From: Eledone cirrhosa
Taxonomy: Eukaryota
Assembly: GCA_964016885.1 (NCBI GenBank)
Contig: OZ024765.1
Coordinates: 10,478,001 to 10,542,000, forward strand
DNA: 64,000 nt
Reading direction: 5' to 3'
A program made the position numbers and the translations under genes. Below the pieces are notes generated by a model, which was not told the DNA's origin, did not search any database, and saw nothing but the letters and a program-made list of their open reading frames with translations. This document shows, in pieces, positions 48,805 to 64,000 of the stretch. Numbering within the stretch: the stretch's first letter is position 1; each line of letters starts with the position of its first letter.

Positions 48805-50110
48805 AGATAGATATGTTTCTTTTATTTGCCACCAGGGCATTAAAAGTGGGACAAGTACAAAGGGGGGATTTTACAAAACAAGGCGTCCTCAACAAGGAGG
48901 AGGCAATAACAAAATATAAAACTATAGAGATAGATATATTTCTTTATTAGCCACAGGGGCACAAAAGAAGGGGACAAATACAAAGGGGGAAGTTTACATA
49001 CAATAAAAACGTGTAAAATGTTATCACAGATGGAATTTAAAAGTTAGTCGATTTTCCCCAATAGAGGGAGACAGTTTATATGGGTAACACATACCCCCGA
49101 AAAAAAATGTGCAACCCTCATCTCCAGGAGTACGAAGAGCTTGTACTCCTTTCCTCTCCTCCTCCTTTTCCTCAACCTACAGGCTGATATAGAGAGAAGG
49201 CCCATTCACTCGGGCCATTCTCGCCACTTTCACCCACCTTTCATAAAACTTGCTGGAGTACAGCACCTCTCTCTCCATCCTGATTCTTCTTCCAAAGTGG
49301 TATTTGAAAAAAAGAATCAGTTGTTGGCCGGAGAGAAAGGTGTCTGACCTCAGCCCTTTCAACCTTGTCCACCATACAACCTCTTTCGCCATAGCTATCA
49401 CACAAAGGAAAACCGCCTCTCCTTCGTTTTTGAAGGAGGGTGGCGGTTTGATCATGACAATGGACTCGGTGGTCAACTGGATTGGTCCCACCCGCGACAA
49501 TAGTCGTTCTACATAGCCCCACAGGTCAGCGACGCCCGGGCAGTGTATGAATGCGTGCGCGACGGTTTCTTCGTCTCGCACGCACCTCGGACAGATCTTT
49601 TTTGCAGGGTCCCTGCCCGGGCGCCCATGTCTGTAGAGCTTGTCTCGAACTGGTAGAGCTTCTCAGTAGCACTGCCAGGCCAGGGACTTTTGGAAGTTGT
49701 CCATCGGTCCGATAGATAGATAGATATATTTCTTTATTAGCCACAGGGGCACAAAAGAAGGGGACAAATACAAAGGGGCAAGTTTACATACAATAAAAAC
49801 GTGTAAAATGTTATCACAGATGGAATTTAAAAGTTAGTCGATTTTCCCCAATAGAGGGAGACAGTTTATATGGGTAACACATACCCCCGAAAAAAAAATG
49901 TGCAACCCTCATCTCCAGGAGTACGAAGAGCTTGTACTCCTTTCCTCTCCTCCTCCTTTTCCTCAACCTACAGGCTGATATAGAGAGAAGGCCCATTCAC
50001 TCGGGCCATTCTCGCCACTTTCACCCACCTTTCATAAAACTTGCTGGGGTACAGCACCTCTCTCGCCATCCTGATTCTTCTTCCAAAGTGGTATTTGAAA
50101 AAAAGATCGA
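48805..50110 (-). pseudogene. Three head-to-tail 3' fragments of a Tx1/L1-clade retrotransposon
   Basis: zf-RVT-like CPRC...EETVAHAFIHCP C-terminus homologous to 62340-62700. Each copy ends AATAAAGAAA(T/C)ATA(TCTA)n. Confidence 0.85.
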
Positions 50111-50629
50111 TAGATAGATAGATATATAAACTGACAAATAAATAAACAGAAGCTTGGCTGCTATTTCTAGCAAATCTGACGATTATGTTGAGGTTCTCCA
50201 GCTGGTGTGGTTGCTATGTGGTGTAGTGAAATATGGCTGATATATGGCTACTAAGATGTTTTGTAGCTGGTGGGGTTGTGTGTGTTGTATGTGCACATGT
50301 ATGTGTATATGTATCATAGTGTTTGTGCCTGAGTGTTTGTGTTGTGCATGTAATTGTGTGTGTGAGTGAGATAGAGAGTGTGTGTGTAGCTGGCTGTTTA
50401 TTTGTGTAGAGTAAAGTATATCCGTGTGTGTATGTGTTTGTCCATGTGTGTGTGAGTGTGTGTGTTTGTGTGTTTGTCCGTGCGTGTGTGTGTGTACAAG
50501 ATTACAGCTATTAGTACAGGTGTGGTGTGAGAGAGAGAGATGTATCTGAGTCACTGAATCAAGGAAGCAAGGAAAGTTGAATACCCCTTACCTGAGAATA
50601 TAACTTCTGTATATGTGTGTGTGTGTGTG

Positions 50630-50665
<36 letters not shown>

Positions 50666-50734
50666 TATAAATATACGCACACATATATATATATACACAC
50701 GCACACATATATGTATATATGCGCATACACTCAC

Positions 50735-50793
<59 letters not shown>

Positions 50794-50813
50794 GTAAACA
50801 CATATATATTTAT

Positions 50814-51530
50814 AACCAACCAATCAACCAACCAACCAACCAACCAACCAACCAATCACCCAGACAACCAACCAGCCAATCAACCAACCAACCAACTACC
50901 CAACCAGCTAGCCACCCAACCAACCACCCAACCAACCACCCAACCAGCCAACCACCATACCACCCAACCACCCAACCAACCAACCACCCAACCACCCAAC
51001 TAGCCAGCCACCCAACCAACCACCCAGCCAACCAACCACCCAACCAGCCAACCACCCAACCAGCCAACTACCCAAACCAACCACCCAACCACCTAGCCAA
51101 CAACCCACCCAACCACCCAACGAGCCACCCAACCAACCTGCCAACTACCCAAACCAACCACCCAGCCAACTACCCACCCAACCACCCAACCAGCCAACCA
51201 ACCAACCAACCAACCAACCAACTACCCAAACCAACCACCCAACCAACCAACCAACCAACCACCCAGCCAACTACCCTAACCAACCAACCACCCAACCAAC
51301 CAGCCAACTACCCAACCAACCAACCAACCAACCAACCACCCAACCAACCAACCAACCAACTACCCAAACCAACCACCCAACCAACCAACCAACCAACCAC
51401 CCAGCCAACTACCCTAACCAACCAACCACCCAACCAACCAGCCAACTACCCAACCAACCAACCAACCAACCAACCACCCAGCCAACTACCCTAACCAACC
51501 AACCACCCAACCAACCAGCCAACCAACCAT
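50814..51530. repeat. (CCAA)n-based degenerate tract
   Basis: Direct reading. Confidence 0.9.
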
Positions 51531-51751
51531 CCGAAAATTTGAATAATTCAAAATGGTTCTTAGTGTCATTTGAAACCCCAATTCCCCCATAATACCACTG
51601 GTACTTATGTCAAACATAATACCCCGTAGATAGAACAACCCTCAACTCCAGGAGCATGTTGTGCTTAATAAGCCTTCTGTTGTATTGTCATGACAAGAGA
51701 CTCCTGTTTTTAGAGCAGAATAAAGTTTCATGGAACAGGTGGTGTGTGTAG

Positions 51752-51827
<76 letters not shown>

Positions 51828-52302
51828 ATGTGAGTGTGTGTAGATGTGTATGTGTGTAGATGAGTGTGTGTGTAGACGTGTGTATGTGTGTAGATGTGAG
51901 AGTGTATAGGTGTGTGTAGATGTGTGGTTGTGCACAGATGTGTATAGATGTGTGTGTGTAGATGTGTGTGTGTGTAGATGTGTATGTGTAGATGTGTGTG
52001 AGTGTGTGTAGATGTGTGTGTGTGTATATAAGTGTGTGCAGATGTGTGTGTGTGTGCATATATATAGGTGTGTGTGCAGAGGGGGGGGGATGAAGGTGTG
52101 TATATATAGTTGTTTGCACATGTGTGTGTATTTAAGTGTGTGTGTGTAAAGAACATCTGTGTCAATGAGAATTTATAGATTTACAAGATATTGGATGTCA
52201 CATATAAATGTATATATGTACACATACATACACATACACATGCATACATATGTATATACACAATATATATATATATGTGTGTGTGTGTGTATATATATAT
52301 AT

Positions 52303-53022
52303 CATCATCATCATCATCATCATTTTACATCCGCTTTTCCTTGCTTGCAAGGGTGGGACGGGTCCTATTCAGCACAGCATCTCTCCAGTTGTCACGGTCC
52401 CTCGTCATCTCCACCGTGAGCTTCAATGATCTGAGGTCTGTTCTCACCACCTCCGCCCATGTTTTTCGTGGTCTACCTCTACCACGTCTTCCTTCAACTG
52501 GCATTTCCTGGCACTTCTTCACCCATTGGTCATCCTCCATGCACATCACATGTCCATACCACCTCAGTCCCCTCTCTCGCACACTACATTCTATCCCTCT
52601 CAGACACAGTTTCTCTCTCAACACATTTATGCTGGGTCGTTCACGCACATTGACATTGCACATCCAACGGAGCATGCTTGCCTCATTTCTCTCCAGCCGT
52701 CGCATATCCTCTGCAGTTGCTGCCCATGTCTCACTACCATGCAGCATCGCGCATCTCACACAGGCATCATACAACCGGCCTTTCATACGCAGGGAGAAAC
52801 CCTTCTTTGTCAACAGAGGAAGCAGCTCCCTAAACTTCTTCCAATCCGTCCTTATTCTAGATACTATGGCCTCGAAACACCCCCCTCCCATGCTAATCTG
52901 ATCACCTAGGTACCGGAAGCTATCAACCACTTCTATAGAACCCACCTGCATTTGAAAAATGTGTCTATCACTGTGATTACTACTGTCAAATTTCCCTGTA
53001 GATCTACTGCATTTGTAGTTTT
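52303..53022 (-). pseudogene. RTE-clade LINE, 5'-truncated young copy with open C-terminal ORF
   Basis: VVDSFRYLGDQI...LHGSETWA...LRWYGHV...RGRGRPRKTW, (GAT)n tail. Confidence 0.92.
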
Positions 53023-53119
53023 CCCATATATATATATATGTCACTGGATCAAGATCTTTGGTGCCACGCAGTAATACAGAAGACCCGCCTTCCCTACGTG
53101 CAAAGTTAACCTACAGTCA

Positions 53120-53506
53120 GTAGGCCCCTCCAAACCAAACGTACACCCCAACCCATTATCCTACTCCACCCTTCCACTCCTGCCAACACCACTCCTTTCT
53201 CTATAAAGTTATGTTGGTACCACAACATCCAGTCCAAACTAATGAGGTTGTGTAGGTATCACAACAAAAAACACACAGTCCACGCTGTAATGTGGTCATG
53301 TAGGTAACACGGTAGGAAGGGCCCAGTCCACACTGTACATCTGGTTGGTGTTAGGAAGGGCATCCAACCATAGAAAACCTGCCAGATAGTCAGTCCGATA
53401 CGAGCGAGACACGGTCACCCGACCAATCTTGCCTCAAGTGGGACAATTCCTGTCTAACCCATGCTAGCATGGAAGATAGACGTTAAACGATGATGATGAT
53501 GATGAT
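53120..53506 (+). mobile_element. Type 3 SINE
   Basis: Homologous to 9955-10313. Confidence 0.78.
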
Positions 53507-53515
53507 ATATACAGT

Positions 53516-53549
<34 letters not shown>

Positions 53550-53652
53550 TTGCAAGAGATGTCAACATGAATGGACCTGTTATTTTTATCTAAAGACATT
53601 TTTTCTAATTCCATCCCGCCCGTCCCCTCAATCTATCTTATTTCTCATTCTT

Positions 53653-53688
53653 TCTTCTGATGAAGGACTAGCATCCGAAATGTTAAGA
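53653..53688 (+). ncRNA. Hammerhead, family A
   Basis: TCTT-CTGATGA-A-GGACTAGCATCC-GAAATGTT^AAGA. Confidence 0.65.
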
Positions 53689-53799
53689 CCCTCTTCCTGC
53701 TATATCAAGCGTTAACCTAATATATTCCTTCCATATACTGTACCGATTGTGTTGTTATTTCTGTTTACCTTTTACATACATATATATATCATTTCATTT

Positions 53800-54512
<713 letters not shown>

Positions 54513-54537
54513 TGTATATATATATATATATATATAT

Positions 54538-55101
54538 GTCGGTGAGCATGTCCAGCTAACCTCAGTCTCCTCTGTGTTACTTTCGAGCTGACTTTTTGGA
54601 GGCTCCCGTACAACTCTGAGTTCTTCATCCTCAGTGTATACTGATTAATGTTCAGAGCCATCCTCAGCATTCTCGTGTAGCACCCATCCATCATCTGAGT
54701 GAGTTTCTTGGTCAGTGTCCAAGTCCCAGACCTGTACAGCAGCACAGACTCCACTGTAGCAATGAAGAGACAGATCTTCAGGTCTTTATGAAGGTCCGAT
54801 GTCCACACCGACCTCAAACTGTGGCATGCCACCCAGGCTTTGCTCTTCCTCTCGACCACATCATCTTCTGTATTTCCAATCTTTGCTCCCAAATACAGGA
54901 AGTCCTCAACCAATTCTAGCGACTTCCTGCCTACATTAGTAATCTGTGGGACACACCAGAAGAGGAAGACTGAGGTTGACGTATGTTGATGCCCTAAGGA
55001 CAGGCACTGGTCTGTTGGAGACGCAGGACATGGCAGCTATAACGAGGGACAGAGACCGCTGGAGAGAACTCGTCCATGGACCTCGTGAATTTTACCCGCC
55101 C
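54538..55101. pseudogene. RTE-like LINE with inverted 5' segment
   Basis: - segment 54940-54538 (VEDFLYLG...[12 protein letters not shown]) is joined to + segment 54947-55101 ([16 protein letters not shown]...DRDRWR). Confidence 0.8.
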
Positions 55102-55107
55102 TAGATA

Positions 55108-55171
<64 letters not shown>

Positions 55172-55639
55172 TATATATATAGATATATATATATATAAAT
55201 ATATACAGCGTGTATATATATATATATGTATATATATATATAGATATAGATATATATATATAAATATATACAGTGTGTATCATCATCATCATCATTTCAT
55301 TTTACATCCACTTTTCCCTGCTTGCAAGGGTGGGATGGGAACTGATTCTGGCTTGATTTCTACAGCTGGATGCCCTTCCTAACACCAACCTCATTTACAG
55401 TGAGTGCTGGGTGTTTTTTTGCCGTGGCACCTCCACGACCACAGTCCCTATCATCTCATTTCTACAGCTGAGTAAACTGGAGCAATGTGGTGTATAATAT
55501 ATATATATATATATATATATACAGTGTGTATATATATATACATGCTACAAACATTTCAGTGTTTTACATTGGTGTTAAATATATATAAGTGCATTAAGCT
55601 TAAAATGCTAATTAATCTTTCCTTTGTGTGGTGGGTATA

Positions 55640-55682
<43 letters not shown>

Positions 55683-55859
55683 TAGCTTAGAGTTTAGACT
55701 CAAAGAGGTCATTTACAATCATTTCAGCTCTAGGAATCGCTTTGCCCATATGAGTCTGTGAGTATTGATTTATTATTTTCTAGATCGTACAGGCAGACCT
55801 TATGTTGTTGAATTAAGATTTTTCACTCTAGCGATCTTATTAGTCAATTGCAACTATAA

Positions 55860-55934
<75 letters not shown>

Positions 55935-57125
55935 TATATGTACATATATATATATATATGTACATATACACATATATATATGTACATATGTATCACCATT
56001 TTAAGTTTGTATTTTCCCTGTCCATAATCATATACAGACATCCACCATATTTATAAAGGTTAGCTTTAATCTGTTGTGAATCTCATCAAGTGTTGTTATT
56101 GTTACTGTTGTTGTTGTTGTTATTGTTATTGTTACTGTTGTTGTTGTTGTTATTGTTGTTACTGTTGTTTAGCCGGAGGTCAGTTTAGCTCCAGCTGACC
56201 TCAACATCAACCAAATAACTAGGTGTGGGTTTTGTTGTTGTTGTTGTCATTATTGTTGTTACTGTTGTTTTTGTTGTTGTTACTGTTGTTGTTGATATTG
56301 TTGATATTATTATATTATATTATAATATAATATAATATAATATAATATATTATATTATATTATAATATAATATAATATAATATAATATAATATAATATAT
56401 TATATTATATTATATTATAATATAATATAATATAATATATTATATTATATTATAATATAATATAATATAATATAATATAATATAATATATTATATTATAT
56501 TATATTATAATATAATATAATATAATATAATATAATATAATATAATATAATATAATATAATATAATATAATATAATATAATATAATATAATATAATATAA
56601 TATAATATAATATAATATAATATAATATAATATAATATAATATAATATAATATAATATAATATAATATAATATAATATAATATAATATAATATAATATAA
56701 TATAATATAATATAATATAATATAATATAATATAATATAATATAATATAATATAATATAATATAATATAATATAATATAATATAATATAATATAATATAA
56801 TATAATATAATATAATATAATATAATATAATATAATATAATATAATATAATATAATATAATATAATATAATATAATATAATATAATATAATATAATATAA
56901 TATAATATAATATAATATAATATAATATAATATAATATAATATAATATAATATAATATAATATAATATAATATAATATAATATAATATAATATAATATAA
57001 TATAATATAATATAATATAATATAATATAATATAATATAATATAATATAATATAATATAATATAATATAATATAATATAATATAATATAATATAATATAA
57101 TATATTATATTATATTATAATATAA

Positions 57126-58061
57126 TCTATATATATAAAACTGAGGTTGTCTGTCTGTCTATCGATTTTTGGCACACATCTCCTCTTAGAATCTCTCACG
57201 GAATTGCACCGAAATTGCTATACTTGTACATTGAGCCCTAGCGAAGACATCGGAAAAAAAAATTTCAAATTGACCCGCCCTATCTGACGAAATCGAATAT
57301 AATGTATCGATTTTTGAGCGTAAGGGATCAGTTATTTCCCTTTGTTCTGTTTACATTGAGCGTCTGCATGCAAAAATTAAAAAAATTACGCTGGCTTTCT
57401 CAGCGTTAGCCTTTTAAAACAATATTTTTACTTGAAAACAAGTCTATTTAAAGACTACGTAAAACAAGCAAATATTTCGTAAAAAAAAGCAAAAATTATA
57501 TAAGTTTATTTAAAATATATGTATCTGTAAATTTCGTTAGGCGTGCAGACAGACAGTCGTGCAGACAGACAGTCGTGCCGAGAGGTGATATAGGCGTGCA
57601 GACAGATAGTCGTGCAGAGAGGTGATATAGGCGTGCAGACAGACAGTCGTGCAGAGAGGCGATATAGGCGTGCAGACAGACAGTCGTGCAGAGAGTTGAT
57701 ATAGGCGTGCAGACAGACAGTCGTGCAGAGAGGTGATATAGGCGTGCAGACAGACATAACTGATAATTTGGTTACGCTAATGTTTTTCTCTGCGTTGCAG
57801 TGTTTACATTTTCGATCTTTGTTAATAAATAACCAGTGCAGTTTTTATCCCCAGCATCCTCTTTTGTTATAACATTCGGGTTATCGTTATGTTTTCTTAA
57901 CTTCATAAGGCATATTGTTGGTTGAGGGAATATTAATCAAAAACACCACATGCAAGTCTGCACAGTAGACACTACAGTTTTTAAGCCAAAAAAGAAACTT
58001 AACATTGTAACTTTAACACAGCTACTGAGCGACCCCGAGCAACGCCGGGTTTTACTGCTAG
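57126..58061 (+). mobile_element. Non-autonomous Helitron
   Basis: A|TC 5' end, 3' hairpin CCCGAGCAACGCCGGG then CTAG|T, no TSD, internal ~37-bp minisatellite 57539-57756. Confidence 0.88.
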
Positions 58062-58365
58062 TATAATATAATATAATATATTATATTATATTATAATATA
58101 ATATAATATAATATAATATAATATATTATATTATAATATAATATAATATAATATAATATAATATAATATATTATATTATATTATAATATATTATAATATA
58201 ATATAATATAATATAATATAATATAATATAATATAATATAATATAATATAATATAATATAATATATTATAAGATAAGATAAGATAAGATAATATAATATT
58301 ATATAATATAATATTATATTTTATTATATTTATTATATTATATTATATTAATATAATATAATATA

Positions 58366-58554
58366 ATTGTTTCTACTATTGGCACAAGGCCAGAAATTAC
58401 CCAGTACATTACTGGTACTTTATTTTATCGACCCCGTAAGGATGAAAGGCAAAGTTAACCTCGGCGCGATTTGAACTCAGAATGGCAAGGGCCGTAACTC
58501 TATGCGCCAAAGCATGGCGTCCGACCCTCTACCGATACTGCCAATCCACCGCCA
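58366..58554 (-). mobile_element. Type 2 tRNA-SINE (full length)
   Basis: Reverse complement of the 38229 family. Confidence 0.85.
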
Positions 58555-60017
58555 TTAATATAATATAATATAATATTATATTATAAGATAAGATAATATA
58601 ATATATTATAATATTATATAATATAATATTATATTATATTCTATTACCAGTAATGCACTGGGTAATTGCTGGCCTTGTGCCTAAAGTAGAACCAATTATA
58701 TTATATTATATTATATTATATTATATTATATTATATTATATTATAATATAATATATTATAATATAATATAATATAATATTATATTATATTATAATATAAT
58801 ATAATATAATATAATATAATATATTATATTATATTATATTATATTATATTATATTATAATATATTATAATATAATATAATATAATATTATATAATATTAT
58901 ATTATATTATATTATATTATAATATAATATATTATAATATAATATAATATAATATTATATTATATTATAATATAATATAATATAATATAATATAATATAA
59001 TATATTATATTATATTATAATATATTATAATATAATATAATATTATATTATATTATATTATATTATATTATATTATATAATATAATATAATATTATATTA
59101 TATTATATTATATTATATTATATTATATTATATTATATTATATTATATTATATTATATTATATTATATTATATTATATTATATTATATTATAATATAATA
59201 TAATATAATATAATATAATATATTATAATATAATATAATATAATATAATATAATATAATATAATATTATATTATATTATATTATATTATATTATATATTA
59301 TATTATATTATATTATATTATATTATATTATATTATATTATATTAAATATAATATATTATAATATAATATAATATAATATAATATTATATTATATTTATT
59401 ATATTATATTATATTAATATAATATAATATATTATATTATATTATAATATAATATATTATAATATAATATAATTGTTTCTACTTTAGGCACAAGGCCATC
59501 AATTATCCAGTACATTACTGGTACTTTGGTGATGATGATAGTGGTAGTGTTGGTGATGGTGATGATGATATATATATTAAATCAGCAATATACTAGTTGT
59601 TGATAATTAAAACATTTATTGATAACGACACAATTAACCATTGATAACTGACGTAATATTTATACACCTTGTCATTAATTGATATTTTGTCAGGTGTAAA
59701 CAAATAGAATTAACTGATAACATTAAAAAAAACCAACTAATCAAGCTTTGATCTTTACAAGTGAAATGACGATTTCCTGATTTACATAATATATAATATA
59801 ATATAATATAATATAATATAATATAATATAATATAATATAATATAATATAATATAATATAATATAATAGAAATTATTGTGTACAATGCTCAGGTGCACTA
59901 CAACTCATCAAAGGTGCATGTATAGTACATAGAATAATGTACAGATATCAGTAAAGTGAACTGTGTATGAGTCATGATATACACACACACAATATATATA
60001 TCATCATCATCATCACC

Positions 60018-62830
60018 GTGGCTGTTGTTTCGGAAAGGCTTGGGTCTCACCATACAGACCATCTTCCTGGACCCAGAATGTAAGTCGGTGGAACTGGACG
60101 TGAATGGCACTGAAGGCAATGCTTTCAGGCTAGTAGCCATCTATGCCCCGACGGGGGCAGGATGGCCAGATTTCTTCAGACGTCTAGAGACCTTCCTAGG
60201 AACGTCCCGCTCTTTAGTGTTAGTGGGCGACTGGAACGGTGTCTTGGATGCACGCTGGGATTGTGTGGGGCTAGTGGATAGGGGAGGAGGGTCTAAGAGC
60301 TGCACCAACCTACTCAGACATTTTGAACTGTCTGACAGGTATCGACTGGATCACCCGAATGTGCCAATGTGGACATGGACAAACCGCATCGGGTCATCCA
60401 GATCGTATCACGATAGGGTATTCTTCAGGGAACTAGATAAGGCTAGTATAGGTTGTCCACAATTTAAAATATTTGACTACACAGACCACAAATTTGTGAC
60501 CTGTGAGATCGACATAGACAGACTTCATAGACAAGGGCCCGGTTACTGGAAGCTGAACGCGTCTTTCCTGGCGCGCAAAGCCTACAGAGACCGGATTAGC
60601 GTATTAGTTAAGCGGGCGTTGACAGGAGCGGTCGTCAACAACAGGTGGTGGTTTGCCCTGAGAAGGGCAATTAAAGTAGAGTCGATTAGGTTTAGCAAAG
60701 GAGTAGTGATAGAGAAAAATAGAGTAGAGGGAGTGCTAGTCAGAAAGCTAGAAGAGGCGTTTAGGACAGGCATCGCAACCGACGTGCTTGCGGCGAGATT
60801 GGCACTCGACCAATTCTTCTACGCAAAACACGAAGGCTGCGTTGTCAGAGCTAGAGCGCGTGCTCTGAAACACGAGGGGACGAAAGCCGTCCAATGGGCC
60901 CGGGTGGCAGAGGCGCGACATGGCAACAAAGCCACAATTCGGGCTTTGTCAGACCAAAACAGGCGCGTGTTGCTCGAACCCGAGCAGATGTGTGAAGCTT
61001 TTCAGCAGCACTATGCTGAACTGTTCGGGAGCAGCGGCGGGCCGGATCGGGGCATGGACTTAAGTGCATACCTCGAAGGAGCCTCGGCTCACGACGACTG
61101 CAGCACAGTGTTGCGAAAAGCCAATAGCAGCCGGTGAAATACGGGAAGCGATGTCTAACTGCACAAGGGGTAAATTGCCAGGTTTGGATGGTCTGCCCTA
61201 CGAGCTTTATGCATTTATGCCAGACTTGTTCGGTGACCTCTTGGCAGACGTCTACTGCAACTGGCAGCAGAATGGGAGCATTTTCTGTTTTGTGAGCCGG
61301 GGAGCAGTGGTGCTGCTGAGAAAGGACCCAAACAAGGGGGATGTTATTGATAACTTCAGGCCCATAACTCTGCTAAACGCAGAGTTCAAGATTTTGGCCA
61401 AAGTGTTAGCAACGAGGTTGAAGCTTGTCGTCGAGGGTCTGGTGGGAGAGGCGCAGACATGCGCCATTCCGGACAGATCCATACACAACAACCTCCACCT
61501 CATGCGATAGATCGTAGAGAGGGTGGTTAAGGAACCTGGCACAGGTGGGGCCCTGATCAACTTGGATCAATCCAAAGCATTTGATAGGGTCAACCATTGG
61601 TAACTGGCGGCGGTCCTCGAGGCAGCCGGTTTTGGGCCCGTTTTCAGGGGTTGGTTCGCTGCGATGTAGAACGACATCTGCTCAGTTGTGAGGATGAATG
61701 GTCACCTGTCGCAGCCGCGCTCGGTCTGCCAGGGTTGTCCCCTCTCGTTCCTCTTGTACGTATTGGCTCTCGAGCCATTACTGCACAAACTGGGGGCGAT
61801 GAGGGGCGTCCCACGCGAATTAGGATGCGGGAAATCCAAGTCAGCTTACTCCGACGACGTCACCGTGGTGGTGTTGAGCACCAGACATGTCCAGATGCTC
61901 GGCACCGATCTCAAGGAATACGAAGCGGTGACAGGAGCAAAGATAAACCAGGAAAAGTCGGTGGGCTTGCAGCTCGGCACCTGGAGAGGCAAGTCCATGC
62001 CGTACAACAGCGTCGTGTGGCCTTGGACGGACGAACCGGTTAAATTGCTCGGGGTCTGGTTCGGACCGGACCTCCAGATGGAGAAAAACTGGAGCGAGGT
62101 GACGAGCAGGGTGGCTTCCCTCACCCAGCAATGGGCCGAGAGGAAGCTGTCAGACAATCCATCTGCTGTCAACACCCGTTGCGTGGAGGACTGGGCATAC
62201 ATTGGCTGATGATGCGCAAACATGCGCTGAGGCTGCGACATCTCTGGTGCTTCCTTGACGGTGAACAGGTGTGGTCGCCGTTCGCCTGGCAGTCCTACTG
62301 GGGAGCGTTGCTGGTTCGAGATAAGCTCTACAGGCAAGGCTGTCCGAGATGCACGCAGGGCGAGGAAACCGTTGTGCACGCACTCGTTCAGTGCCCGAGC
62401 ATTGCTGACTTGTGGAGCTATGTCGAACAGTTGCTGTCGCGTGTAGGACCGATCCGGTTATCGACTGAGTCCATTGTGCAGATGGTCTCGCCATCTTCCT
62501 TCGAGGAAGAAGGGCAGGCGGTTTTCATCTGCCTGGAGGCCATGGCGAAAGTTAATCCCTGATTAACTTTTTCAAGTTTCACTTGAAGAAGAAAATCAGG
62601 GTGGATAGGCAAGTGCTGTCTTCTAGTAAGTTTGTTGAAAGGTGGGTGAATGTAGCGAGAATGGTCCGAGTGAACGGGACCGCTCTGAATATACGCTTGT
62701 AGTTTGAGGAATGGGAAAAAATTGAGAGAGGGCGCTTGCCCTGGTGGTCAGGGTGGCTGTGGTCTTTTGAGTAACCCTCGGAGGTTTCCCCCCTATTGGG
62801 GAATTTTTCATTGTTTGAATTCTCATTTCT
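60018..62830 (+). pseudogene. Tx1/L1-clade non-LTR retrotransposon ORF2 (APE endonuclease, RT, zf-RVT), disrupted
   Basis: AIYAP, VGDWN, WTW, TDH, GPGYWKLN; PGLDGLP, FRPITLLN.EFKILAK, DQSKAFDRV, QGCPLS, YSDD; with stops, frameshifts and deletions. Confidence 0.93.
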
Positions 62831-63076
62831 ATTGTTTATATATATATGTTTCTATGTCTTTTTTTCTTTTTCGTTTCTTATATAAATAATTGTTTCTACT
62901 TTAGGCACAAGGCCAGCAATTACCCAGTGCATTACTGGTACTTTATTTTATCGACCCCGTAATAATAAAATAATAAAAAATCTTTACATGCACAAAACCC
63001 ACATCATACCGTCCTGTGCCGTCTGTAATGTTTTTCTTGATGTTAGCCCTTGTGGGCAATAAAGAAATCATTATTA

Positions 63077-63834
<758 letters not shown>

Positions 63835-63904
63835 AACAAGGTTTAGCAAATAATGAAAAAGTTTCAAAATAAATTTTTAAAAATTGACTTAACTTACTAT
63901 AGCT

Positions 63905-63987
63905 ACCTTTACCGATCGGTTTCGAATCCCAAAAATAAACGGAGGCCGTACGGCCTTCGTTGCAAAGAAAGATTCTCGTCAGAAGGT
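63905..63987 (-). ncRNA. Canonical type I hammerhead ribozyme with extended helix II
   Basis: Helix I ACCTT/AAGGT, CTGACGA 63982-63976, helix II GAATC/GATTC (G10.1-C11.1), GAAA-CC-GATC-GG-TA^, cleavage predicted between 63910 and 63909. Confidence 0.9.
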
Positions 63988-64000
63988 TCTTTTCATTCGA

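Larger units (their letters stand above)
56306..59470. repeat. (TATAA)n/(TTATA)n pentanucleotide field with orientation switches, interrupted by a Helitron and SINEs
   Basis: Direct reading. Confidence 0.95.

Noticed and set aside
59974-62562. Active retrotransposon or host gene
   Set aside because: Multiple stops, frameshifts and deletions; no ORF1.

Overview
AT-rich, microsatellite-saturated animal genomic DNA, most likely an octopus or related coleoid cephalopod (inferred from the SINE/RTE families and (TA)n/(CAT)n density, not proven). Two spliced protein-coding genes converge. The first is the last three coding exons of a ZMYM2/3/4 (Woc-like, DUF3504) gene on + (613-846, 3712-3832, 5463-5652). 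The second is a complete three-exon Stum/SPEC3-family membrane-protein gene on - (38974-38686, 34319-34137, 19082-18742; 270 aa, all junctions phase-compatible). The rest is repeats: decayed Tx1/L1, CRE-like and RTE non-LTR retrotransposons, tRNA-derived SINE families, two non-autonomous Helitrons, hAT/piggyBac/mariner-type MITEs, minisatellites and a ~2.8 kb tandem segmental duplication. The most striking structure, invisible in the ORF track, is a set of short non-coding inserts in (TA)n tracts, many of them long fold-back palindromes. These carry more than 15 intact or decayed type I hammerhead ribozyme motifs (CUGAnGA-helix II-GAAA-palindromic helix III) from at least 8 sequence-unrelated families. 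Several of these families share a covarying bulged stem-loop (ACUC-stem-loop-stem-2 nt bulge-GAGU) about 40-70 nt before the terminal microsatellite. I interpret these as non-autonomous Penelope-like (pLTR/retrozyme-like) retroposons with a common 3' recognition structure. One such ribozyme lies in sense orientation in the predicted stum 3' UTR.
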